Position numbers and translations under genes: made by a program
DNA from: Catajapyx aquilonaris
Lineage: Eukaryota
Direction of reading: 5' to 3'
Assembly: GCA_000934665.2 (NCBI GenBank)
Contig: KZ538439.1
Span: forward strand, 1 to 64,000
Length of the DNA: 64,000 bases
In this document: positions 51,801 through 64,000 of the stretch, in pieces
Layout: every line of letters begins with the position of its first letter
Numbering within the stretch: position 1 is the stretch's first letter
The notes under the pieces: generated by a model
Databases searched by the model: none
What the model was told of the DNA's origin: nothing
What the model saw: the letters and a program-made list of their open reading frames with translations, nothing else

Positions 51801-54766
51801 TTAACTGGAAGGAGGAAGCTGGGATGATGATGTATCTCGGCATCCAAGTGACACGTGCCTTTTTAGAGGGCACAGAGAGACTTCTGCCCCGCGATTAATT
51901 TCCCTTTCGCGCCCCCTACCATCCATCCTGATGAATGGGGCCCAAGATGTTGCTTCATGCTTTTTGCTCCAAGCTGGAATTAATCACTCGGCTTGGCTGG
52001 ATGAGGGCGCTGCTAACCTGGGTAGCCATTTTGTGCATGGGGCCCGCCATATTTCATGTGGTTGTGTAGTTTTTCCACCTAGTTGAGTGGTGGATTTTGG
52101 TGGGAACAAGTGAGAATGGTGTAGTTGAGTTGGGGCGCGCGAGTCAAGGCGGAATGGTGGCGAAAAGGGCGTGTAACGATCCGAGGCGGCTACTTACAGA
52201 TTATCTCACTCCTCATCAATCACCATCAAGTTAACAGCCGACACTAAACACATGGAGCAGCTTGCAACTTGCGCCACAGAAAGCGAGAGAGAGAGCCAAC
52301 CAACTTTCTCTCTCGTTCAAACTCTAGGTTTTTTCTCTCTCTCCATATATCCTCAGCTTTACTTAACTCGCGCACGCTTGATTGCCATTTCATCCATTCC
52401 ACTCCACTTCAAAATTTTCTGACATCCCAATTTCTCTCCATTATCGTGTTGAAAAATTTCTTCCTGTTTCACTGAATGCCCGCGTTTTACTCGGCGCCAT
52501 TTCTGGCGTCGGTATCACGCTAGTCAACTGGAAATGTTCATTCCTGTTCTGAAGATGAGTTCTATTAGTATAGGAAGGAACAACCGCCACAGAAACATTT
52601 TTTTCCCCTGAAAATTTTGGCTATACGACCAAAAAAGATGAGCATGCAAAATTGCGTCGCATAGGAATGGTGCAGTGGCTCGGAAGGAACAACAGTAATG
52701 AAAAGGCGCAAATGACCTTTGATTAAAGCCGAGTTGGAAAGGGGGGTGGGAGGAGGGGTGAATGGGAGGGAGAGGGAAGAAGTCACGAAGCTACGCACAT
52801 GCATAAAACATGCAGAGAACAGCAACAACGACACGCACTTTTCTTGGCCTCTGCCCCTTTGCGTGCAACCCACCGTTTTTTAAGTTACAAAACGACTGAA
52901 TGTACGTGCGTGCGTTTGTTCAGATCGTTAAGCAAGTGCTCTACGCTTGGCTTAAGACACACATTTTCTTTGCGCGCCCTTCCTCCTCCCCACCCTGAAA
53001 AAAAAAGAAGTAAAGCTGCAATCCAACAACTGCACCGAGACCACCAAGGCCCCCGTTGCCATAGCAATCGACCCAACCTTCCCTTGACTTATGGTGTCCC
53101 ATAGACTTTTATTCACTTCCACAAGAGCCGGCCAGCAAGGGGCCCATGATGTACACCCTATAGCCACGTGTTACTACCTATTTTTACTGGGGAACAGCTA
53201 ACAGCTCCATAATGGGCCGATGAAAACAAGTGACGCAGTCTAGAGAAGAGAGCAGGCCTTTGTTTCTAGAGGGGAATATGCGCGTTTTGCTGGTAAACAT
53301 TACGTTACTAAATTACGTTACATGAGGCATTTTAGAGAGTGACATCAGAATACCAATCATGTACCAGATTCTCAATTATGGGTTGTTTCAGGCAAATCAT
53401 CACCTCCATTACCTTATTGCATACTGTATGCCTGATGTTACAGTGGTGGAAATTAATGGAGAAGCACAAGTATTGCTGTCTGTCCTTTACATGAAGCTAC
53501 TTCATGTAAAGGAAAAATTCCGCCAGACTATACGTACTCTAATAAAGATTAAATACATAAAAATAACAAATTAAAAATGAATTCATAAATAGAATATTTC
53601 TCAATCATTCCTCTGAAGTAAATAAAGTCACACCCACGGGTTTTCTGGTGAATAATAGATGCAATTAGAAGTTCAGGTGCGCATTTTGTAGCCTTCCCTC
53701 AATAACTCCGCATAATTAATTATTTGCCATGAATGTACACTGTGGCTACCATAATTTATAAATGAGAGAGGAGATTGCAATATACGTTAATAAACCTTAC
53801 CTTAGTGACTGCTGAAAAACATAAAATGACAATGGCCCTGCCTCAGTTCGGCAAACATACATTCAAATTATGGCATTTCCCACATTATATCGTTCTCTGC
53901 CAGATGTTAAATTTTTAAACACTGAAAAGGCTCTAGGTTCGAACCCCTCCGAGCCATATAGAAGAGACGGTGGTGAAAATCGAAGTAGCAAGGTTCACTA
54001 CCTAAATTAATAAATGAAGTAGTTGGCGCCAACCATCTGCATGAAGGAAGGAGCTTGGGGAGTTCCGTTGCCACACCCGAAACACAGCAGAGGTTGTCAG
54101 AGGTCGAGGGAGGTAAAAGGGGTAAGGAGAGAAGGGGGTGGGGCACCTTGTTGCCGGATTAATCCCATCAGGGCGCCAGGAACTTATAAGAAAAAGGTAC
54201 AAAGAGGCCTCTCTTGCTGGAAGACAAGGTTTTGGCTCCAGGGGTAAGAAGAGGCTCATCTAATAGGCCGCTTTTATATGCTTATTGGGTCAGCAGTTTA
54301 CGAGCGACATTTCCCAGGGATGGATATTGCCGCAGCTGAGCCTTATAGTCTAATCGGGACACAAAGCCAACCGACACTCGGATTAGTGCCACGTTTTACT
54401 GCAGATATGCAGGAGGGAGGAGGGAGCTCCTTTTTTGTATCCTGCTACATGGTATTTTTATCTTAGAACTAAAATTCGCTATCGTGATAAATTGCCGTGC
54501 GTTTAGGAGTAACGTTCATGGCTTGATGCGTTTATTTTTTAGCTATGCTCGCATCAGAGGTTTGAACAAACAACAAGTTGCGTTATTATGCAAAAAAAGG
54601 CGGTTGGGGAAAGCTAAAAGGGGGACTCGAGGGACTCGTGGAAAAATATTAATTATGAACAATTTTGCCCCATAAAGCGTTGGAAATATTCCTGGTTAAA
54701 TGGGGGTACAGTGTACTATTTGCTATGTTTACGTAATACTTGCATGTAAAACAAAAACATTACTAG

Positions 54767-54893
54767 GGGCCGGTTTCACCGAGCTCAGTATATGATAAAA
54801 CCAGGGTTCTTTCTCAAAATCCCTATCTATTTGTATGGGATTTTCCTAAAGAAACCTGGTTTTATCATATACCAAGCTCGGTGAAACCGGCCC
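54767..54893. mobile_element. 127-bp fold-back MITE, PIF/Harbinger-like
   Basis: Perfect 19-bp TIRs GGGCCGGTTTCACCGAGCT / AGCTCGGTGAAACCGGCCC; complementarity extends over ~57-bp arms with few mismatches. Flanked by TAG and TAA (3-bp TSD-like, one mismatch). Non-coding. The superfamily call is an inference from the GGGCC ends and 3-bp flanks. Confidence 0.75.
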
Positions 54894-55679
54894 TAAAGAG
54901 GAAGAGTACGAGCTAAACGAAAGGCCAGTATTTCCCCATACTACAATTTCGTTTCATCCAAGTTACCAATGCAGGAATAATTTTGTGCAAATCCTTTCGC
55001 ATTTGAATTCGTTGTCAAGGATTTACACTGCTGTGCTGTGTCAGTGCAAAATAGAAGCTCCACAATTATGTTTTTCACCACTCAATTTTGTCACTTGCTC
55101 GTGACAGTTCACACCACAACGTCATGGCAAATATAAAAATCTGCTGACTATACCTTACACGGGTCACAGTTTTATTTCGCTCAGTATAATCAACCTGATA
55201 AATTATAACAATTCCGATTCAGGATTTGATTAGCATTTGATCGTGAATGTGAATAACGTGAATGTGAATGTAAATGATGGAATAAAGAATGGTTGATGAG
55301 TACAGGGCCTGTCTAGGCTGATCACCTAAAACCTCTCGACAGTATAATCAACCCGTGAAATGTGATTATCAGTATGTACGTTTGTCACATGTGGGAAGCC
55401 GGATAGAGCCTCTTTAATTGATTAAAAAATAATTTAGTAATGTATCAGGTGTTCATTGACTTCAAGAATGGTGCTAATGAAATAATAGAGGCTGAGTCAG
55501 TGTATATGGCACTTGCTCTATTCTTGCTTTCAAATATTCGCCAAATATTGGTATTCAGTAGAGTACATCACAATAACTTGGTTTTCGATAAATAGCTCTT
55601 GAATCTGTCACTGTGGTGTTCAGACGGGTGTCCAAAGAGTAACCTGTCCCGCACAGGTCATCATAATGAGCCCTCAGTG

Positions 55680-55738
55680 CCAATTCATACCAATATCAAT
55701 ACCAATTCATACCAATATCAATACCAATTCATGCCAAT
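55680..55738 (+). repeat. 22-bp tandem repeat, ~2.7 copies
   Basis: CCAATTCATACCAATATCAATA x2 followed by CCAATTCATGCCAAT. Confidence 0.9.
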
Positions 55739-58700
55739 CGTTTGAATTCAAACACTGTTGCCATCAGGCGCATCAGGCGTATTTCACAGCTCTAAATGAG
55801 TGTTGCACAGATTTCTGATAACAGTGACATGATGTTAAAAAGTGAAGGACAGATCTGGTAGAATTTAAATACCTTGTTCAGCCCCGTACGACGCAATTTT
55901 TTTTTGTTATAATTCACTTTTCAAAATGAGCTTGTGCAACCTGGAAAGGAGATCTATCTCTCTGAGCACAGTTTGTATTGCAGGAGTCTTCTTACTGAGC
56001 AAACAAGCAAGCAAACAAGATATCACAAAGTGTACAATGTCAATAATTCATAAACCTCCTTCGCGACTGACAAGTTTTCCTGAAATGTCTTCTCTGCTAT
56101 ACTGTTGGCCCACAAAATCCAGGATTCAACACAACAACCTGGGAACAAGAAACTTACAGAAATGAAAGACCTTTGGGAAAGACTACGCATACATATACTA
56201 TAAATTAGTCAACTAGGACAGTATAGAGTATGAGTATTTGCAAAAACTAATAAAGAAATAGATCGAGGAAAGCTAATAATTACAAGCAAATTACAAAGGT
56301 ACGGTATAGGTAATATCACAGTTGCACCTATTTTTTACTTGTTTTGTTCTCAGACAAATTATTTATTCTGGATTTATTCCTATCAATTTGCGCTACTTTT
56401 TAGCTTAAATGCTGCATGACCTTGAGCATTTTCTCTTTATACCTTATGTGATGAATTTATGTTTGCTCTGCAATTTCCGGTAAAGTTGAACAACCAGGAG
56501 GGAGTAAATACTCTTTGCTTACACTGCATGTATAGCTTATGATATGATCATGTCGTACTATTTGACTTTTGCATAACTTGGTCAATTTTTGATCTCCATA
56601 GCATATAAGCTTGTGTGTGCGAACACGAGGTACGAACAAAAGTGTGTCAGCACAAAAAGGCACAGAAAGTTTTACCCAAACCGTGATTGAGCTATAATAA
56701 ACCAAGATCACTAGAGAATTGAATATGGATAACGCTCTTCATGTATTACTCCTCCATTATTTTGGAGTGTGTAAACATTCCCAAGAGAAATAACTGTAAT
56801 TAATGGTGGGTGGAAAAGGACTGGAGCTCATTTCGGCTGATCGAGTGCTGCTAGCGAAAAAAAAATCTAGCCTTAAATATTTACACCTACTATGCTTGGC
56901 TTGTAGCGTATGACTATCATATCATAATTATGTCGTTGTATGAATTATCATACTATGGTGGGAAAATACTGCATGCATAATACTAACCTGTGTACGGCTT
57001 TAAATTACGGTTAATAACATTGCAAAGAGAACTGTAACGTTTCTAAATTTTGATTTGCCTCATGTGGGAATAAACTCTGCTGGTTTAATATTATGATCCG
57101 TGGTTGCTCTGATTATTCCCGAGGGAAGAGGGAGTGAGCGGGAGATAGGAGAGTAATTTTTTTTTGCGTGGTCACCTCATGAACAATAAACATTATCACA
57201 CCTCATACCCTACTCCATAGGCAACAACTGCGCATTAACGGGCTGTTCTGCAGCCTGCAGGAAAGTGCCTATATGGCCGTCTACCTACTGGTATGGATAG
57301 TCCCACGACATTTCTGACACCTACATTTTTGACTTTTTGTTCCGCCAACTGCAGCAAGCCCCGATTTACGTAAGTGCATCGTTCCTCAAATTATTTACGT
57401 CGAATTTTACGTATCTCGGAATGCCAAATGTTTTTAAACACAGTATTCAGAATCCGGTCACAAAATAATGTATGTCACATGTAAACTGAGGGAGGGAATT
57501 TGTCTTGGCGGGTAGATCCGAGTTGCCCACGAAGCGAAATTTAACGCGTTTTCTGGCAATTTGTGAGTTTTTACGTTACCAGTTTTCCCTGCAGATTGAG
57601 GATATTTTGTGCACATGTTGGAACTTTTAAACGTAGCCTAGGTCAGAACCTACGTATGTCAGAACTACGTAAATCGGGGACTGTCTGCATTTCACTGTCC
57701 GCTGGATGTCCCTCTAGTAAAAAAATACCCCGCATAAATCTTGTCACAAAATAATCACTTTACCCTCATGGCCTCATTGTACATTCTTTCAGGTATATCG
57801 AGGTATGTTATGTACTGTAGTCTCCAGTACGTGGCAGTGGAGAGCGTGCACGACTAAAACAAGCAATCCATCACTCTATCCGGTCCTACTGTTGGTGTTA
57901 ACTTATAGGTGACTTTTATTCTATTCAGTATACAGAGAGTTACGACTGGTTGTCTGTTAGTTGGAGAAACGAGGTCATAATATTGAAACTGGAATGTAAA
58001 TTAACATAGAAAAGTGACTGTCCGGAGCCACTTTTGGTACTTTATACGTTTATGGTTCCTGATCTGCTAGCCATTTCTCCTCATTTTTTTTTGCTACCTG
58101 GCAGCAATCATTCCGTGTACGATAGCAGTTACCTCGTATAGCAGCAGAAGCTAGTCAGTGGGTTGTGTGAAGGCAGATTGGAGTAGGCTATAGTACAGTA
58201 CAGAACCGGAGGGAAGGCTGCGTGGGAGGACTATTGTTCTTCATATAGGCCCCACCCCACAAAGCCTTGGTTGACGGTTCAAGTTACTTATTTAACGTGA
58301 TTGCAACAACTCATCAAATTACTGAACTGTCTGAACCCAGACTACAGGCATATACAGTATTACAAGATATGCGCCATACTTGTACTGCATCATGACCATC
58401 CTGTCTTGTTCAAAAGCATTACTCGATGTGGAATGCCAAATGCTGCAACTGTCCAAAAAGACAACATCATCCACTTCAGTTGATAATTTGGAGTACTTTG
58501 ATGCCACAAACAACATCTGAAAATAAACATATCTGAACCTAGGAAATCGAAAAGTCCATATGCTAAATCTTCACCAAACGCAGAAACCGCCCTTTTTTGA
58601 CCATTTCCACATTCCAATTACGCAGCAGGCTTCAGTCCTTGATCTATTTACCGCTCTACTCGCCCAGCTCTGCAAGCTTCATACTGCCCAACTCTATAAT

Positions 58701-61700
58701 CTCGCCACACAAAAATTCTATAAAAAATCAAAAACAACCACAGAGCTATAGGAAGTAACTGCGTGAACCTCGTTGTCAGTCGCCAGGAGGCAGTACAATA
58801 ATGAATATCTAGCAAGGAAGCTCTACCTGTACAGTATACATTACATGACCGAGCATTATGAGTTCTGTCAGAGTGGGAGAAATGGCATCGCAACACGTAC
58901 GCGTGCCTATACGTGGCTGCCAGGACAGGTGAGCCAACCTTTACCTGGGTTTGCAGGCCAAGGCAAGTCTCCTTCCGCAGTGCATGCGTGCGTGATGCTG
59001 GGCGTCACATTACGGATTAATTACAACCACATTCACACGTAGCTGCTGCAATCCGCACCGCACCTATACTGCCGCGCCTAATTGCCCACCTCTTCTTTCA
59101 CCTGCTGCCGACCATTATTCAGTCCCCGGACCATCCTTTCTCATTAACAGCATCCAATCTACCCGCTATTGGCGTGCAGTCCAATTGGCAACCTAGCTCA
59201 TAGTCTCTAACTCAAACTGTGACTCCACCCTACTTTTATCGATACTCTATACGCATTGTTTACGCACTATACCGAAAGTTTGCTTTACATGTGGTACAGC
59301 ATGTCAAGTGCAGGAAAAACCGGATTTTGGTCCTTGTAAATCCCTGATATGAACACTGACCGCAAGTTGGTCAGAAAATGCATTATGCAGTGCTTTCATT
59401 GTTTGGTCGTGTGTCGGAGCAACGAAGCAAAAAGCCCGTCTCCTTGTCCATCAGTCGAAATGGCGGTCGACTAACGCACGAAACGGCGGACCCGCACACT
59501 CTCCGACCGGAAATGAAGACCTCAGACCGCCGCACTTTATACCTTTCTTTCGGCCAAAAACCTGCATTTTTTAGGCTCCACCGGGACCATAAAGCCCAAA
59601 TTTGTGGTGGCAGCCCGCGCACTTTCCTAACTCCTGCTCCTAGCTTCTTTGCTACACACACACACACATACTATCGGACCTCGAAAAGCAATCAAGTGTA
59701 AGTGAAATTGAGGCTTCCGAGCAGTTATGGGGGGCTTAACATTGGTCCTGCAATTTAAAAGGAGTATAAAACTCAAATTTCAAACATACGATGTATCGCA
59801 AAGTTTCTACTTTCAAACACAGCTCACTGACAAAATCCACATGCATGTTTCGGACACGGTAACATACCTGCACACAGAAGGCACATGGGAATCATTTTCC
59901 ACTAATTACCATGGAGGTTTGAAGTACGGTGAGGGGAAAAAAACCCGGACCCAGCATGCAATTGAAGCTATGTTTGCCGTGCTGCAATGTTTAATCGCGA
60001 TGCTAAAAATTTCGCCGCTTTTATTAGAGCGCTGATTAGCCCACTTTCAAAACTGGATGTCATCAAATACAGTGGCCTGAATTATGGATGCGGAACTGTC
60101 GGGTATGCCAGGCAGTAGCAGATGTGCAACCTGCGACTACACTTAGCCGGTATGTCAGTCAAGAGAGGAAACCCTGAGATCGAATCAATTCTCCGTTTCA
60201 TCTTGTGCTTCAGGGCCTTCTTGGTCCTTCCTTCTGCTAATCCAATCCCTGCTTCTAATTAGGCCATCAGCTGAAGGTCGTCATTCAAGCATCGCGTGCT
60301 GTGTACTGTACTGTACGCACTAGTGCGCGTAATGTGCAGTATCGCACCCCTGACGCCACATGACCCGCAAAGCGTGACGAACGACAATCTGCTATGTGTC
60401 TAGGGACATTGGAGACCCCTGGAGGATGGAACCGACAACTCGTACATAATTGATATGAATCGGCAGTGTGGAAGATCAATTTCTTCATCATGGAAGTCAT
60501 CAGTTCCAGCCAAATATTGTGGTGTCGCAGTGTTGGGGGGGGCATAAACCGAACGCAAAAAAACATAACCGGAGCATCGCTTAGCGACGGTATACGATTG
60601 CTATCAGACCCGTCGGGGCAAAAAACCTATACACACAATCACACTTTGAGCAATCATCATGCGATCAGCCAGGGCAAACAAAAACAAACCCTAAATCAAT
60701 AAGTGCTGTAGTCGTTTCTTTCGTTCCGCCAACATTGCCAGCCCCGCTCTCCATTTCCAGTTCTTATAACTTTTGCCGCATTGGATGCTGTGCGCGGAAC
60801 AGAATCCGATAAGTGTTATAGGTTTAAATGTTACTATCTGACACAAAAAACTGAGCTCTTTTCAGGTTGCAGGTAGCTGGAATGTTATGCAATAAAAATG
60901 GTGTGTCACATTGTGTCACGGTATTTATCGTCAACATCCCTTGCTTTCCTACAGTATTGTGTTCCAGTTCATGCACAGATTGTCAAAGCCAAACAAAGTG
61001 ATGGTAATTGGGTGTGCAATTAAATAAAATTATAATGATCCCCCAGAATGCTTCAATCTGCGCATTATTCATTGCGAGGCGCTAAAACATGAATCCTCCT
61101 AGTGGTCCGTGACTTCTTTCTTTAACCCCCTTGACGCCCTCTCTACTGTACTACAGGTACTTATCAGATAGCAGTGCCACCTTTTCCCAACCACAGTGTC
61201 ATCGACTCAAATCCTGACCTTAATATTTCCTCCTTATCGCTCCTTACAATGTTGTGACAGCCAGTATTGGATATTGGTCTTTCCGTCTCGTTCAAGCACA
61301 TTCCAGCTAAAGAAGTTTCAAGCTTGTCAAATTATGACACTAATGCACCCAAATAAGTGACAAACTATTAACCCTTGCACTTATATCCGTCACGCGCATA
61401 TTTGTTGGAGTCAGTGTTTTCCTACGGAATATGTTGTGTTCCCTAAGGAGACAGAAGCAAAACAAAATGAAAAGGACAGGTGTAGTGTGGGTGCGGCACA
61501 CGTGTCCACACGCGTAAACAGCGCCATTTGAGGCGGGCACGAGAGTGAATGCATCTCATTACTATGCCAGGAGCTAATGGGAGCGATGGCGACCCACTTA
61601 GGCCAACTCCCTGCCGACAACACAGCCTACTTAATAATTTCGGCTACATCTGCCTGCCTAGCGGCGGACGCAGGAGGCGGAGGAAAAGGCTTTAAATTGA

Positions 61701-64000
61701 AATATGGCCACCCCTGATACTTTGCCCCCTTTACTTCGCATCACTGCGCAGCTGCAGTACGGACACATTTTCTGTGAAAACAGCCCTGCTTTGTCAAAGT
61801 GTTATGTCAGAGTGCAGAGAGAGGGATTTTGCCTCAGAGGGAGAGGGCTGCATACACACTCACACACATTGGGTTGATGTGCACCCTTTCGGACAGTACT
61901 TTGTCCAATTTGGTTCCAGGCCCCCCGAAAGCCACAAATACGTGTAATTAAGTTGTTATCAAACGTGCAATCGTGTGACTACTAAACACAAGGCTGCATT
62001 ATCCGCGGATAATTGAATCTACCGCACGAAGCCCCGGTACTTCAGACCGTTCTGTTTGTTTCACTATTTATCAGACCAAGTGCTGCGTGGTTTATAAATC
62101 ATCCTGCGTGGGGGTTTTTTTTAGGTGCGTGTGTATGTGTGTGTCAGTGGGCGTTATTCGTAGAATGCTGCCATTTTCGCCACCACTAGTTCATGTGAAA
62201 TGTACAGTCTCATCAAATGTTGGGCCACAAAATTGAATGTCAAAGCATTGATTTGGATGCGTTCTTCTCTTTGAAGCCTCACTAGAAAATGGAATGTGAT
62301 ATTCATGATTAATTCTGCGCGAGCCTCATTTGAATAACTTGAGCCACCAGCCTTCTGGTCTCATCAGCACGACATGTGGAACATGTGTGCTTATCACATA
62401 TTGTGTCTTGAACAAAACTGTATCCCTTCACTAGCAATTACACACTTTCACGCAGACGGACTAGCGGAACCAACCGTGTGGGGGTAGACCCAGAATTAAT
62501 GAAAAGTCAATGGCGAGTACATTTGTCATTCTTACCCTGGAAAGGCCTCGCATGTTATTAAGATATTTGGCTTAGAGCGAGCAAGAGGAATGGCGGTGGG
62601 AAACGCCAAACACGTTGTCGGATCTGACTCCAACGTATATATACCACTGGCCTGTAATAATCAGACTCTAATAATGGCGACACTAGCCTCTTCCATGAAC
62701 CTTCTGACCAAAAGTCCCCGTGACTGCTAATATACCATCGGACCAGCCTGGTGTGTGCATGCCTTTGCGTTTTTGGAGTTTAGGTCAGGAAAATGAATCG
62801 AATTCCTTCTTCAGACACGATCGCCTGGGTGCACACACTGTTGCCCAATTTACGAGCAAGGATATTGCGACTTGCCCAATGTAATTTTTGCACAAATGTG
62901 TGCTAATTTTGGGAAGAATTATTGGATCGTATTTACTATTGTTGCTTAGTGTGGGGGTCACGACAAGGGTGAAGTGTAATGAAAACTCCTGCACGTTTGC
63001 TGGCGGTGTGTGTTGTGTTATTAGATGAAGTCGCGCGGCGCCATTAGGCTTAGGTGCATAATGCAAATGGAAGGTTGGTGCAATATGCATAATCCGGGCG
63101 ATCAGGATGCATATTTGAGGGAGCAACTTGTCTGCCCGCATGATCATGACGGCGGCACTGATGATGACTGGGGACCCAGGCAAACAAACATCACCTGATT
63201 GTTGTATTAATTTCAACACCCGATTTACATGCTCGTAATTCGCGCACTGTGTGTGGGCTTTTCTCTTTTGCAGATTAAACTGCGCCAAACATGACGGGGG
63301 CAACTCTGATTATTATTTCACGCCGCAATTAATTTAGTGCTAATTTTTAACACCGCATTGTTGATTAATTGTATGACTCCCGTAAGCCAGTCTAAATGTG
63401 CAGACTCAATAGAAATCCGTTCCAACTTGAAATGAAACGGGTTTTACGATCAGCATTTCCTCCGCATAAAACTTGGGTTGGTGCAACTTTTTCTGTTGGA
63501 TGCCATTTTTGGTCCAACCACTTTGTTTACATCTCTCTGCCTTGTTACCCACTACAGTGCTCCTAGACATGCCTATAAGTGTGAAATTTTACGAGTGAAT
63601 ACTGTATAGGCCTGCGAGTAGAGAAATAATTAGCGACAAGTGAATATTTTTCCCAGGCGGAACCGATTCTGCCAAAATGGGCTGTCAAGTCTGACGCTAA
63701 TAGGCCTAATTAATCCGCCTGATTACATATTTGCATTAGATTAGTGTCGTTTTCATGGGCCATTGGTGTCATTGGCCGTATTATCCAGTCATTACTCGCC
63801 TGCTTGTCTATTTTATTGCAGCTGTGATTACTTTTCTCGGGCCCGAAAACTTGTCGATATAACGAGAAGCAGCCAAGTGCGCATTTCTGTTGGAAATTTC
63901 CCAGCCTGACAAATCTAACAGACCTCAAACATTGTGTCAAGGTAAAGAGACTAATATATCGATTTGCATCGACACCTGGGCGACGGCGTTGTCAGATCGA

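Noticed and set aside
58440..58751. LRR-like fragments (NLEYFDATNNI; LAQLCKLHTAQLYN) on the plus strand
   Set aside because: Interrupted by stops and frame changes, spacing does not fit the LRR consensus, and no splice support.
59237..59244. DRE motif TATCGATA (also at 27528)
   Set aside because: Two copies of an AT-rich 8-mer in 64 kb is within chance, with no other promoter support.
62785..63303. 172-aa ORF, among the longest in the window
   Set aside because: Non-ATG start, no recognisable domain and no clear exon boundaries.
1..64000. Prokaryotic-style novel system (defence island, CRISPR, operon) built from the many ORFs
   Set aside because: All ORFs are <=174 aa, overlap in every frame, often use non-ATG starts, and have the composition of translated non-coding DNA. 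No repeat-spacer array was seen. Splice signals indicate a eukaryote.

Overview
Eukaryotic (animal, probably arthropod) genomic DNA, almost entirely non-coding. It is not a prokaryotic locus: there are no operons, CRISPR arrays, rRNA/tRNA genes or intact transposases. The one well-supported coding segment is a 229-nt minus-strand exon (2019-2247) with canonical splice sites. It encodes a signal peptide plus a cysteine-capped LRR N-terminal (LRRNT) region resembling the chaoptin family of extracellular leucine-rich-repeat proteins; the LRR-coding exons probably lie left of the window. The ATG directly follows a splice acceptor, so the ~62 kb to the right is probably 5' intron and/or upstream regulatory DNA. 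That region holds a candidate 73-nt 5'UTR exon (14948-15020), a 127-bp fold-back MITE, an inverted pair of CTCF-like motifs, RFX X-boxes, short tandem repeats and two assembly gaps. The other ORFs in the track look like chance ORFs. I found no convincing novel multi-gene system; the findings are gene-structure and cis-regulatory hypotheses.
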